A DNA stretch of 29,277 nucleotides, from assembly GCA_037724305.1 (NCBI GenBank), contig JBBJOU010000001.1, positions 1-29,277 on the forward strand. Reading direction: 5' to 3'. The position numbers and the translations under genes were made by a program. The notes under the pieces are model-generated. The model was given only the letters and a program-made list of their open reading frames with translations, searched no databases and was not told where the DNA came from. The DNA is from Acidimicrobiales bacterium (GTDB lineage Bacteria; Actinomycetota; Acidimicrobiia; Acidimicrobiales; JACDCH01). This document shows, piece by piece, positions 8,344 through 16,518 of this stretch (the first letter of the stretch is position 1; every line of letters starts with the position of its first letter).

Positions 8344-9561
8344 GTGATCGTGGACGATGGTGTCGGACCCGCGCGATCCGCTAGAACCGCCGGCGTGCCA
8401 ACACCGGCGGACGACGACCTCTCGGTCGAACGGTTGACGGCGAAGGCGACCCGCATCGCCGGCGTCGGGGACGGGGGGGCCGGCGCCGCTGCGCCGGCAC
8501 TCGAGCTGCTGGTGGGCTCGTGCCGACGAACGGCTGCGCTGAACCCGCTCGGGCGCAAGGTGCTCGCCAGTGCGGTCGTCCGCCACCTGGTGAACCGGTT
8601 GCTGGTCGGCGCCGAGACGGCGGCCCGTCCCGACGTTGCGGCCGGCCCGGTCGGTGCGGCGGTCGTGGTGACGGGGCTCCCCCGCACCGGCACCACGATG
8701 TTGCACAACCTGCTGGCGCTCGACCCGTCGCACCGGGTCGTGCGCCTGTGGCAGGCGCTCCACCCCGTGCCCCCCGACCCGGCACGAGGCGAATCGGAGG
8801 GGGAGTTGGTGCGCCAGGCGGCCACGTGGCTCGAACGGCTGTACGCGGCGGTCCCCTGTTTCCGCAGCATCCACGGCGCCACGCCGGACGGTCCCGAGGA
8901 ATGCGACGCCCTGCTCCAGAACGACTTCGCCAGCCAGCACTTCGACGACATGTTCGACGCGGAGGAGTACTCGGCGTGGTTGGCGACGGCATCGCTGCGC
9001 CAGGAGTACGAGTCCTACGCCCGCCAGCTCGCCCTGCTCGTACGCCCTGACGACGGCGCGACGACGTGGGCCCTGAAGTCGCCGAGCCATCTCGGCCACC
9101 TCGACGACCTCCTGACGGTGAGCCCGCAGGCGACGATCGTGCACTGTCACCGCCACCCGTCCGAGGCGGTGCCGTCCTATGCCAGCCTCGTGCTCTGCCT
9201 GCGCCGCGCCTACAGCGACGATGTCTCCGCGGCGACGGTCGGCCGCCAGGCGTCGGCGCGCAGCGTCGTCGCCCTCGACCGGGCGCTCGACGTGCGGGAG
9301 CGGGCGCCGGCCAACTTCGTCGACGTCGCCTACGCCGATCTCGTGCGCCGCCCGGTCGCCACCGTCGCCGAACTGTACGAGCAGCTCGGTCGCCCGTTCC
9401 CGGCGCCGGTCAGCACCGCCATGGCGCGCTGGGTCACCGACCACCCCCAGCACCAACACGGCGTCCACCGGTACTCGGCCGAGGACTTCGGGCTCAGCGC
9501 CGGCGTCGTCGCCGGGCAGTTCGAGCGGTACCTCGAACAGTTCGCCGACACGGTTCGCTGA
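8344..9561 (+). CDS. PAPS-dependent sulfotransferase (Sulfotransfer_3 / mycobacterial Stf-like)
   Basis: 5'-PSB loop TGLPRTGTT, GPEEC, WALKSPSHL, 3'-PB HRHP...SYASL, and C-terminal HGVHRYS..DFGL. The start may be slightly downstream. Confidence 0.9.
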   Translation: MIVDDGVGPARSARTAGVPTPADDDLSVERLTAKATRIAGVGDGGAGAAAPALELLVGSCRRTAALNPLGRKVLASAVVRHLVNRLLVGAETAARPDVAAGPVGAAVVVTGLPRTGTTMLHNLLALDPSHRVVRLWQALHPVPPDPARGESEGELVRQAATWLERLYAAVPCFRSIHGATPDGPEECDALLQNDFASQHFDDMFDAEEYSAWLATASLRQEYESYARQLALLVRPDDGATTWALKSPSHLGHLDDLLTVSPQATIVHCHRHPSEAVPSYASLVLCLRRAYSDDVSAATVGRQASARSVVALDRALDVRERAPANFVDVAYADLVRRPVATVAELYEQLGRPFPAPVSTAMARWVTDHPQHQHGVHRYSAEDFGLSAGVVAGQFERYLEQFADTVR

Positions 9562-9587
9562 GCGAGCACGCCCGAACCGTCGGCAGC

Positions 9588-11141
9588 TCATTCGACCGAC
9601 CCGGCGGCGCCCGAGCGGAGCACGAACCGTCGCAGCTTCCCTGTGGGCGTGCGGGGCAGCCCGTCGACGAAGGCCACCGACCTCGGCACCTTGAACGGTG
9701 CCAGGCGGGCGCGCGCCAGGGCGGTCAGCTCCTCGGCCAGCGAGTCGTCACCCGAACCGGGAGCCGCCGGTACGACGAACGCTCGCAGGCGCGAGGCACC
9801 GTCGGCGTCGGTGACGGCGACGACCGCGACCTCGGACACGGCGTCATGGCCACCGAGCAGCTCCTCGATCTCGGCGGGGGCGACCGAGATCCCGCCGACC
9901 ATCTCCATGTCGTCGGCGCGCCCGTGCAGCTGGACGAAGCCGTCGGTGCCGACCGACGCCAGGTCCTCGGTGCGAAGCCAACCCTCGTCGTCGGTGGTGG
10001 CGGCGTCGGGGCGCCCGAGGTACTCGAGGAGGACGGTCGGGCCCCGCACCCACAGCGCGCCGACCTCACCCGGCGCCACGGCCGTCGCGTCCCGCCCGCA
10101 GACGGCGAGCTCGTAGGGCGGCAACGCCCGGCCGACGGTGCCGGGTCGAACCGTGTCGGCGGTGTTGCTGGCGAACGTCTGGCCGACCTCGGTGGAACCG
10201 AGACCGTCGAGCACGGGACAGCCGAGCAGACGGGACGCCTGGGTGGCGAGGTCGGTGGTGAGGCGTTCGCCGGCGGACACGGCGACGCGTACCGACCCGA
10301 AGGCGCCGTCCGCCGCCGGTGCGCACTCCCGGACCAGATTGGCGTAGAAGGTGGGAACGGCGAACAGGACACTGACCTGGTGCCGCTCGACGAGCGCGGC
10401 GGTCTCGGCGGGGCGGGGGCGCAACGCCAACAGGACGGCCCGGGCGCCGCACAGCAACGGGAAGAAGAGCGAGTTGCCGAGGCCGTAGGCGAAGTACATC
10501 TTCGACACCGAGTGCACCACGTCGTCGGGGGCGAGGGTGATGGCACCGTGCGCGAACGCCCGGGTGTACACGAGCGGATCGCCATGGCGGTGCACGGCCG
10601 CCTTCGGAGCGCCCGTGGTGCCCGACGTGTACTGGGCGTAGGCCGGCGCCCCGGCGTCGACGGGGACGGCGGGATGGGGGGAGACAAGGGCGAGCGAGCG
10701 GAGCAGCTCGGGGGCGGTGACGACCTGCGGTCCTCCGTCGAACCGGGACCGGAGCTCGTCGCTGCACACCACGACGCCGGCGCCGCTGTCCTTGGCGAGA
10801 CAGAGGTGGTCGTCGGTCGTCAGCTCGGGGTTGACCGGCACGGCCAGCGCGCCGAGGCGGACGGCGCCCAGGAACGACCACACGAACTCGATGCCGTCGG
10901 GGAGGACGATCAGCACGACGTCTCCGCACCCGACACCCAGCCCGGCCAGCACGGCGGCGGCGCGGGCGGCGCCGTCGTGCACCTCGTCGTGGCTCACCGC
11001 GGTGGCCTCGACGAGGAACGCTGTCCTGGCCCCCCACCCCTGCGCTCGGGCGGTGGCCTCGATCGTTGCCGCCAGGTTGTGCCCGGCCCCGGTGGCGACC
11101 GGGTGCGCCCAGGACGCCGGTGCGCCCGTCAGCCGTCCCAC
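9588..11141 (-). CDS. Aryl-acid adenylating ligase, FadD22/benzoate-CoA-ligase-like (probable 4-hydroxybenzoate-AMP/CoA ligase)
   Basis: YTSGTTGAPKAAVHRH, MYFAYGLGNS, LDGLGSTEVGQTFASN, RADDME, FKVP and PRTPTGKL closely follow mycobacterial FadD22 as recalled. It lacks the FadD22 C-terminal carrier domain. In-frame GTG 11141 overlaps the upstream gene by 13 nt. Confidence 0.85.
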   Translation of the reverse strand: MGRLTGAPASWAHPVATGAGHNLAATIEATARAQGWGARTAFLVEATAVSHDEVHDGAARAAAVLAGLGVGCGDVVLIVLPDGIEFVWSFLGAVRLGALAVPVNPELTTDDHLCLAKDSGAGVVVCSDELRSRFDGGPQVVTAPELLRSLALVSPHPAVPVDAGAPAYAQYTSGTTGAPKAAVHRHGDPLVYTRAFAHGAITLAPDDVVHSVSKMYFAYGLGNSLFFPLLCGARAVLLALRPRPAETAALVERHQVSVLFAVPTFYANLVRECAPAADGAFGSVRVAVSAGERLTTDLATQASRLLGCPVLDGLGSTEVGQTFASNTADTVRPGTVGRALPPYELAVCGRDATAVAPGEVGALWVRGPTVLLEYLGRPDAATTDDEGWLRTEDLASVGTDGFVQLHGRADDMEMVGGISVAPAEIEELLGGHDAVSEVAVVAVTDADGASRLRAFVVPAAPGSGDDSLAEELTALARARLAPFKVPRSVAFVDGLPRTPTGKLRRFVLRSGAAGSVE

Positions 11142-11863
11142 GTGCTGCTCACGTCCGGGTAGTCGAGCCCGGCCTCGTCGACCACGAACTGGCGGCTGCG
11201 ATCGATGAACGCCGCCCGGGCCTCGTCGTTGGTGCGGGACTTGATGCCCCAACGTCGGAACGCCTCGTTGTTGGACGAGCGGCTCCGCCCGAAGAACGGG
11301 AGGGTGAACGGGACCAGGTCGTCGACGGCCTGCTGCACGAGCGGCCGGGTGTCGGCGCTCCGGGCCAGGTTCTTGGCCCTGACCTGGCCGAACGAGACGT
11401 GGAACCGCTCCTCGGGGAGCAGCGCCACCGCCAGGTCCCGCAGGGGCAGGTAGGTCGTCTCGAGCAACTCGTCCATCAGGACGACCTCGGCGAGGTCAAC
11501 GATCGCCTTGAGCACGACGAACTCGACCCAGGTGGTCAGCTCGTACTCGAACACCGACAGTGGGGCACCGGTGAGGGCGTCGGGGAGCTCGAGCTCGGTC
11601 GCCAGCTTCTGGAACCGCAGATGGTGCCCGTACTCCTCCATGGCGATGCGGCAGGCCAGCCACTTGTCGCGCGGGGTGGGCGCCAGGCCGATCGCCGGCT
11701 CGTCGAAGATCGCCGCGCCGGTGTACTCGTTGCGCACGTGGCTGGCGATGACCTTGCCCACCGCGCTCACGTAGTCGGCACCGATCTCCCGTGCCTCGGC
11801 CGGGCCCCGCACCTCGCCGGAGAACGGCGCGTCGACGGTCGGGGCCGCGGTCGGCGCACTCAT
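11129..11863 (-). CDS. Stand-alone PaaA-like ferritin-fold diiron protein (aryl-CoA oxygenase family)
   Basis: Likely ligands NEY, EEYGH (11624-11638), VDLA and EERFH (11399-11413), plus PaaA-like WGIKSRTNDEAR. ATG 11863 overlaps the SDR stop (ATGA). Confidence 0.8.
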   Translation of the reverse strand: MSAPTAAPTVDAPFSGEVRGPAEAREIGADYVSAVGKVIASHVRNEYTGAAIFDEPAIGLAPTPRDKWLACRIAMEEYGHHLRFQKLATELELPDALTGAPLSVFEYELTTWVEFVVLKAIVDLAEVVLMDELLETTYLPLRDLAVALLPEERFHVSFGQVRAKNLARSADTRPLVQQAVDDLVPFTLPFFGRSRSSNNEAFRRWGIKSRTNDEARAAFIDRSRQFVVDEAGLDYPDVSSTWDG

Positions 11864-12804
11864 GAGCGCACCCGGCCGGCGACCGCGATCGGCGGGCCCC
11901 CGAAGAGGTCGAACTCCGACTCGAGCGGGGTGAGGTGGTCGGCGAGGGCGCCGGGCGCGGTGGCGGTGAGCGCCGCCGCATCCCAGCCGTGCGCCTCCAC
12001 GAGCTGCGCGATGGGGCGCGGTTGCGACCAGATCCCGATCTCCGCACCGCGGGCGCCGAACACCTGCCCGGTGATGCCGGCGGCGGCGTCGGAGCAGAGC
12101 CAGGCGATCAGCGGGGCGACGTTGTCGGCCGTGGCCCCTCCGGCCGTCCGGAGGTACTCGCGGAGCTGGTCGGTGGCGGGAGGGATCGACTCGGTCATGC
12201 GGGTGAAGGCGAAGGGGGCGACGTAGTTGACGCAGACGTCGCGACCGGCCATCTCCAGGGCGACCGCCCGGGTGAGCCCGAACAGCCCGGCCTTGGCGAC
12301 GGCGTAGGCGGCCTGCCCGACGCTCCCGACCAGCCCGGCCGCGCCCCCCAGGTAGACGATGCGGCCGGCTCGCTGCGAGCGGATGGGCCCGGCCATGGCG
12401 CGGGTGAGCTCGATCGCCACCGCGAGGTGGGAGCCCATCACCTCGGACCAGTCGTCGTCGTCGGCCTTGTGCACCATGGCGTCGCGCAAGGTGCCGGCGC
12501 TGTGCACGAGGACGGTGGGTGCCCGCCCGGACCACGCCGCCGTCGCCGCCACGATCTGCTCGGCACCGGCGCTCGTGCGCCCGTCGGTGACCTCGACCAT
12601 GGCGAGCCCACCGCGACGGCGGATGTCCTCGACCGTCGCTTCCGCCGGCTCGCGGTCGGGGTCACGACCGCCGACCGTGACGCCGGTGTCGTTCACGCAC
12701 ACAGGGTGACCGGCGGCGCCCAGCGCCAAGGCCACGGCCCGCCCGATGCCGCGACCACCCCCGGAGACGACCGCGACCGGGGGCTCGACGGTGTCGCCGG
12801 TCAT
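11860..12804 (-). CDS. Short-chain dehydrogenase/reductase (MFE-2/3-hydroxyacyl-CoA dehydrogenase-like)
   Basis: SGGGRGIG, VNDTG, AGTLRD, YAVAK (YxxxK), VNYVAP and C-terminal TGQVFG. Start at ATG 12804. Confidence 0.9.
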   Translation of the reverse strand: MTGDTVEPPVAVVSGGGRGIGRAVALALGAAGHPVCVNDTGVTVGGRDPDREPAEATVEDIRRRGGLAMVEVTDGRTSAGAEQIVAATAAWSGRAPTVLVHSAGTLRDAMVHKADDDDWSEVMGSHLAVAIELTRAMAGPIRSQRAGRIVYLGGAAGLVGSVGQAAYAVAKAGLFGLTRAVALEMAGRDVCVNYVAPFAFTRMTESIPPATDQLREYLRTAGGATADNVAPLIAWLCSDAAAGITGQVFGARGAEIGIWSQPRPIAQLVEAHGWDAAALTATAPGALADHLTPLESEFDLFGGPPIAVAGRVRS

Positions 12805-12853
12805 CGCTGCTCGAGGGTGCGCTGCCGGGTCCCGGCGTCGCGCTCGCCCACCG

Positions 12854-13480
12854 TCACGCGGCGCCGCGACCGGCGATCGGGGCGAGGTCCGCGACGGACC
12901 GCGTCTTCGCCGCGATGGTGGCGTCGGGCACCCTCTGGCGGATCGGTGCGAAGCCGGACTTGGCGAACTTCTCGGTGATCCGGGCGAAGGGGCGTCCCCC
13001 GGCGACGATCTCGTAGGTGCGGGCGACCAGCGTGTCCGTGGAGGCGATGCCGAGGTGCGCGGCGACAGCGCCGGCCGGTTCTTCCCACACCGCCAGGATG
13101 TGCCGGAGCGTCTCGAACCGGCAGTCGATGAGCAGCTTGCCGATGGGCCGGTCGGTCTCGAGCACACCGTGCTCGACCGATGGCGGCAGCCGGTCGATGA
13201 CAACGATCGACTCGGCGTACACGAACGCCGTCCCGCTGTCGCGACCCTGGAGGAGGATGGTCCGGCGCAGCGCCCGCTCGCCCTCGTCGAGCGTTGGCTC
13301 CACCGGCTCGCCGGCCGCGACGAGCTCGTTGTCGAGCTTGACCAGCTCTACCGGCTCCCCGGCGTAGGCCTCGAGGATGTGGGTCAGCGTGCCGTCCGTC
13401 GTCAACGCGATCCGCCCGACCACGCTCAGCGCCGACACATCCACGATGCCATCCCAATCCATCACCATTTCAGCAGCCAT
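12854..13480 (-). CDS. Chorismate pyruvate-lyase (4-hydroxybenzoate synthase; Rv2949c/DUF98-like)
   Basis: TTDGTLTHILEAY, R..LLQG...FVYAESIV, PIGKLL, ETLR and RTYEI...PFARITEKF. AGGAGG SD at 13496-13491 upstream of ATG 13480. Confidence 0.85.
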   Translation of the reverse strand: MAAEMVMDWDGIVDVSALSVVGRIALTTDGTLTHILEAYAGEPVELVKLDNELVAAGEPVEPTLDEGERALRRTILLQGRDSGTAFVYAESIVVIDRLPPSVEHGVLETDRPIGKLLIDCRFETLRHILAVWEEPAGAVAAHLGIASTDTLVARTYEIVAGGRPFARITEKFAKSGFAPIRQRVPDATIAAKTRSVADLAPIAGRGAA

Positions 13481-13522
13481 GCGCTGCGTACCTCCTCTGC
13501 CGCCCAGCTTGCCCCACCGGCC

Positions 13523-13550
13523 ACCATAGTCCCATCCGAAAGTATTCGGA
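13523..13550 (-). promoter_or_regulatory. AT-richer spacer with inverted repeat TCCGAA-AGTA-TTCGGA and a TATGGT -10 candidate upstream of the 4-HB operon
   Basis: Perfect 6-bp inverted repeat at 13535-13550. Minus-strand TATGGT at 13528-13523. Confidence 0.4.
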
Positions 13551-13606
13551 CGAGTCGGCGGCATATCACTGGTAGGTGCATTTCGCAGTTAGTTAGAGGG
13601 TCGACA

Positions 13607-14806
13607 TCAACTCGCGTCGCGCTCGGGTCGACTGTCGTCGGCGCCCGTCACCAGCGTGACGAGTGTCGCCACCACCGCGGCGGGACCGGGCATGGCGGCG
13701 ATCTCGGTCGCCACCGCCCCGGCGCGCACCCGCCCCCCGGGCTCGTCCAGCAGGCGGGTCACGGCGTGGCGCACCGCCGCCGGCGTGAGGTCGTCCGGCC
13801 GGATCGTGTGGCCGGCACCGAGGGCTTGGGCGCGATCGGCGTTCCAGAACTGGTTCGCGTCCTGGGGGAGCAGCAGGAGCGGCAGGCTGCGGGCGAGGGC
13901 GGCCAGGGTGGTGCCCGAACCGGCGTGGCAGACGACCAGCTGGCAGTGTTCGAGCAACAGCGACTGCGGCAGGTAGCGCTCGACGTGGACGTTGGCGGCG
14001 AGACGACCGAGCTCGGCCGGGTCCCGGTCCCGCCCGACCGTCACGATCACGTTCCACGGCCCGTCTGCCAGCCCCTCCACGACGCGTTCGAGCACCTCGG
14101 GCGAGTGGTTGACCACGGTCCCCAGCGTGACGTACACCGTCGGCCCTGGCGGGAGCTCGGCGACCCATGGCGGCAGCGGCGCCTGCTCGGGGTTGTCGAA
14201 CGCCACCGGCCGCAACGGCTGGGCGACGCTGATCTCGGCGATCTCGTCGGACTGGAAGCTCGGCGGGCAGACGTCGAGGTAGAGGTGGCGGAACATGGCG
14301 CCCCGTGGCTCCGGCTCGACCCCCCAGGCAGCCCACGTCGGTGCGACCAGCTCGCCCGCCAGGTCCCAGAACTCGCCGGGTTGCAGCGCGCCGAAGCTGT
14401 GCCCCACCCACGGGATGCCGCGATGGGCGGCGGCGACGGGCGCAGCGAAGTCGGTCATGTCGTGGACCACCAGGTCGGCTTCCCATTCGGACGCAGCGGC
14501 GACGAGGTCCTCCACCTTGGGAGGGGCCGCCACCCCGGCGAACATCCGGGCGCCGAAACGCCACACCTCGGCCTCGCCGGCGTCGGCCTTCGGCTGCCCG
14601 TAGCGCTCGAGCGTGCGCTCGTGGGCGACGATCGGGCTCAGCCCGGCGGCGAAGGCGGTGAAGCCGGCCGGTTCCACGACGCGGCGGCAGAACCGCTCGG
14701 CGGTGGCGAACGCCACCTCGTGGCCGGCGGCGGTGAGCGCCTGGGCCAGCGGCACCATCGGGTGGAAGTGGCCGAAGCCGGGAACGCAGGTGCACAGGAC
14801 CCTCAT
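13607..14806 (-). CDS. GT1/MGT-family glycosyltransferase (GT-a)
   Basis: MRVLCTCVPGFGHFHP, HEVAFAT, VYVTLGT, RYLPQS, CHAGSGTT and DQ-like DANQFWNA. GGAGG SD upstream of ATG 14806. Confidence 0.93.
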   Translation of the reverse strand: MRVLCTCVPGFGHFHPMVPLAQALTAAGHEVAFATAERFCRRVVEPAGFTAFAAGLSPIVAHERTLERYGQPKADAGEAEVWRFGARMFAGVAAPPKVEDLVAAASEWEADLVVHDMTDFAAPVAAAHRGIPWVGHSFGALQPGEFWDLAGELVAPTWAAWGVEPEPRGAMFRHLYLDVCPPSFQSDEIAEISVAQPLRPVAFDNPEQAPLPPWVAELPPGPTVYVTLGTVVNHSPEVLERVVEGLADGPWNVIVTVGRDRDPAELGRLAANVHVERYLPQSLLLEHCQLVVCHAGSGTTLAALARSLPLLLLPQDANQFWNADRAQALGAGHTIRPDDLTPAAVRHAVTRLLDEPGGRVRAGAVATEIAAMPGPAAVVATLVTLVTGADDSRPERDAS

Positions 14807-14852
14807 GTCGCGCTCCTCCGCTCGAGTGCAGCTCGAGCCACGTGGACGGTTC

Positions 14853-14894
14853 AGTATGGTCGCCACCCCGCTGACCGGACGCCCTGCGGTCAGC
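14853..14894. promoter_or_regulatory. Divergent promoter region with 8-bp inverted repeat GCTGACCG-N9-CGGTCAGC
   Basis: Inverted repeat at 14870-14894. TATGGT (+) at 14855-14860 and CATACT (-) at 14858-14853, between GT-a and the ligase. Confidence 0.35.
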
Positions 14895-14916
14895 TCGCGC
14901 AGGAAGGCTCGCCGCC

Positions 14917-16515
14917 GTGACCTCGACGACCTCGTGGAGCCCGCCGACCCTCGCGCCGAGCCTCCAGGCGGCCTGCGACCGGTGGGCCGACCGGCCGGCC
15001 CTCACCTTCCACGGCACCACCATCACCTACGCCGAGCTCGCCCGCCAGGTCGGATCTCTGGCGGCCGCCTACCGTGAGCTGGGGATCGTTCCGGGCGACC
15101 GGGTCGTGTGCCAGTTCACCAACTGTCCCGAGCACGTGGTCGCCATGCACGCCGCCTGGGCCTGCGGCGCCATCCACGTCGGTACCGACAACGACCTGAC
15201 CGGCGAGGAACTGGCGTGGTTGGTGCAACGCACGGGCGCCGCCGCCCTCCTGTTCCAACCGCGGGCCGATCGCGCCGACCCGCTGGCTCCCCTCGCCTCG
15301 GTCCGCGCCATCTCCCCGTCGACGCACATCCTCGTGCACCACGCGGCGGCGTCGGGCCCGCCCGCGGGCACGGTCGCGTTCGCGTCGTTGACCCAGGCGC
15401 CGGCGCCGCCGCCGGCGCCCCCCGCCCTGGCCGACGACGACACCGCCCTGCTGCTGTTGACGTCGGGGACCACCGGCAAGCCGAAGGCGATCATGGAGAC
15501 GCTGCCGCACTGCTGGGCCAAGATGCAGTTCTTCGCCGACGCCTTCGATCCCGGGCCCGACGACGTGCACCTCGTGTTCCTGCCGATCGGCCACGTCTTC
15601 GGCCTGCGCCTCGCCGCCCTGGCCCTGCTCACCGGTGGGCGCCTGGTGCTGCTCGACCGCTTCTCCCCCGAGGAGGCGCTCCGCCTCGTCACCGAGGAGG
15701 CGGTCACCGTGCTGCCGGCGATGCCCGCCCACCTGCGCCTCCTGATCGACCGCCTCGACCCGGGGCGCCACGACGTGTCGCACCTTCGGTGGGCGATCTC
15801 CGCCGCCGCCACCCTGCCCCGACCGCTCTCGGAACGCGTGTACCGCGACACCCCCGCCGAGGTGCTGTTCGTCTACGGGTGCAGCGAAGGGTTCACCACC
15901 CTCACCACCGACCGCGAGGAGATCCTGGCGGGATCGGTGGGCGCCTCGGTGTTCGTCGGCCCCCCCGGCACCGCGCCGGCGGGCACCGTCGCCATCCTCG
16001 ACCCGGCCGACCACCAGCCGCTCCCGGTCGGCGACACCGGCGAGATCGCCTTCGGGGCGCGCCAGCCCGTGCGCTACTGGCACGACCCCGAGGTGGCGAC
16101 CGACGGCTGGTACCACACCGGCGACCTGGGGCGCATGGACGACGAGGGGCGCGTGTACATCGTCGGGCGGCTGAAGGAGCTGGTCAACCGGGGCGGGCTG
16201 AAGGTGGCGCCCAGCGAGATCGAGGCCGCCCTCAGCCGTCACCCCGGTGTCGTCGACGCCGGGGTCGTGGGGACGCCCGACCCCGTGCTCGGCGAGGCCA
16301 TCTGCGCCTGCATCGTCGTCGCCCCCACCGACGCGCCCTCCCTCGCCGAGGTGCGCGCCTACCTCGGCGAGTCGCTCGCCCGCCACAAGCTGCCCGACGA
16401 GCTCTGCCTGATCGAGCACGTGCCGCGGACGAACATCGGCAAGGTGGACCGGACCGCGCTCACCCGCCTCGTCGTCGACGACGACGTCCCCCGCGAGCGA
16501 CTCCGACCCCGTTGA
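14917..16515 (+). CDS. Free-standing class I adenylate-forming enzyme (acyl/aryl-CoA ligase-like)
   Basis: TSGTTGKPK, PIGHVFG, YGCSEG, YHTGDLG, GRLKELVNRGG, HKLPD and PRTNIGKVD. No carrier domain. Confidence 0.92.
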   Translation: MTSTTSWSPPTLAPSLQAACDRWADRPALTFHGTTITYAELARQVGSLAAAYRELGIVPGDRVVCQFTNCPEHVVAMHAAWACGAIHVGTDNDLTGEELAWLVQRTGAAALLFQPRADRADPLAPLASVRAISPSTHILVHHAAASGPPAGTVAFASLTQAPAPPPAPPALADDDTALLLLTSGTTGKPKAIMETLPHCWAKMQFFADAFDPGPDDVHLVFLPIGHVFGLRLAALALLTGGRLVLLDRFSPEEALRLVTEEAVTVLPAMPAHLRLLIDRLDPGRHDVSHLRWAISAAATLPRPLSERVYRDTPAEVLFVYGCSEGFTTLTTDREEILAGSVGASVFVGPPGTAPAGTVAILDPADHQPLPVGDTGEIAFGARQPVRYWHDPEVATDGWYHTGDLGRMDDEGRVYIVGRLKELVNRGGLKVAPSEIEAALSRHPGVVDAGVVGTPDPVLGEAICACIVVAPTDAPSLAEVRAYLGESLARHKLPDELCLIEHVPRTNIGKVDRTALTRLVVDDDVPRERLRPR

Positions 16516-16518
16516 ACG

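Noticed and set aside
6636-9561. Idea that sulfotransferase plus AspRS indicates an aspartyl-sulfamoyl-nucleoside antibiotic
   Set aside because: No nucleoside-tailoring, amidinotransferase or sulfamate-forming genes are visible, so it is too speculative to list as a finding.
11129-11132. Possible non-canonical CTG start of the FadD22-like ligase in a CTGA overlap
   Set aside because: An in-frame GTG at 11141 provides a conventional start upstream of the conserved N-terminus.
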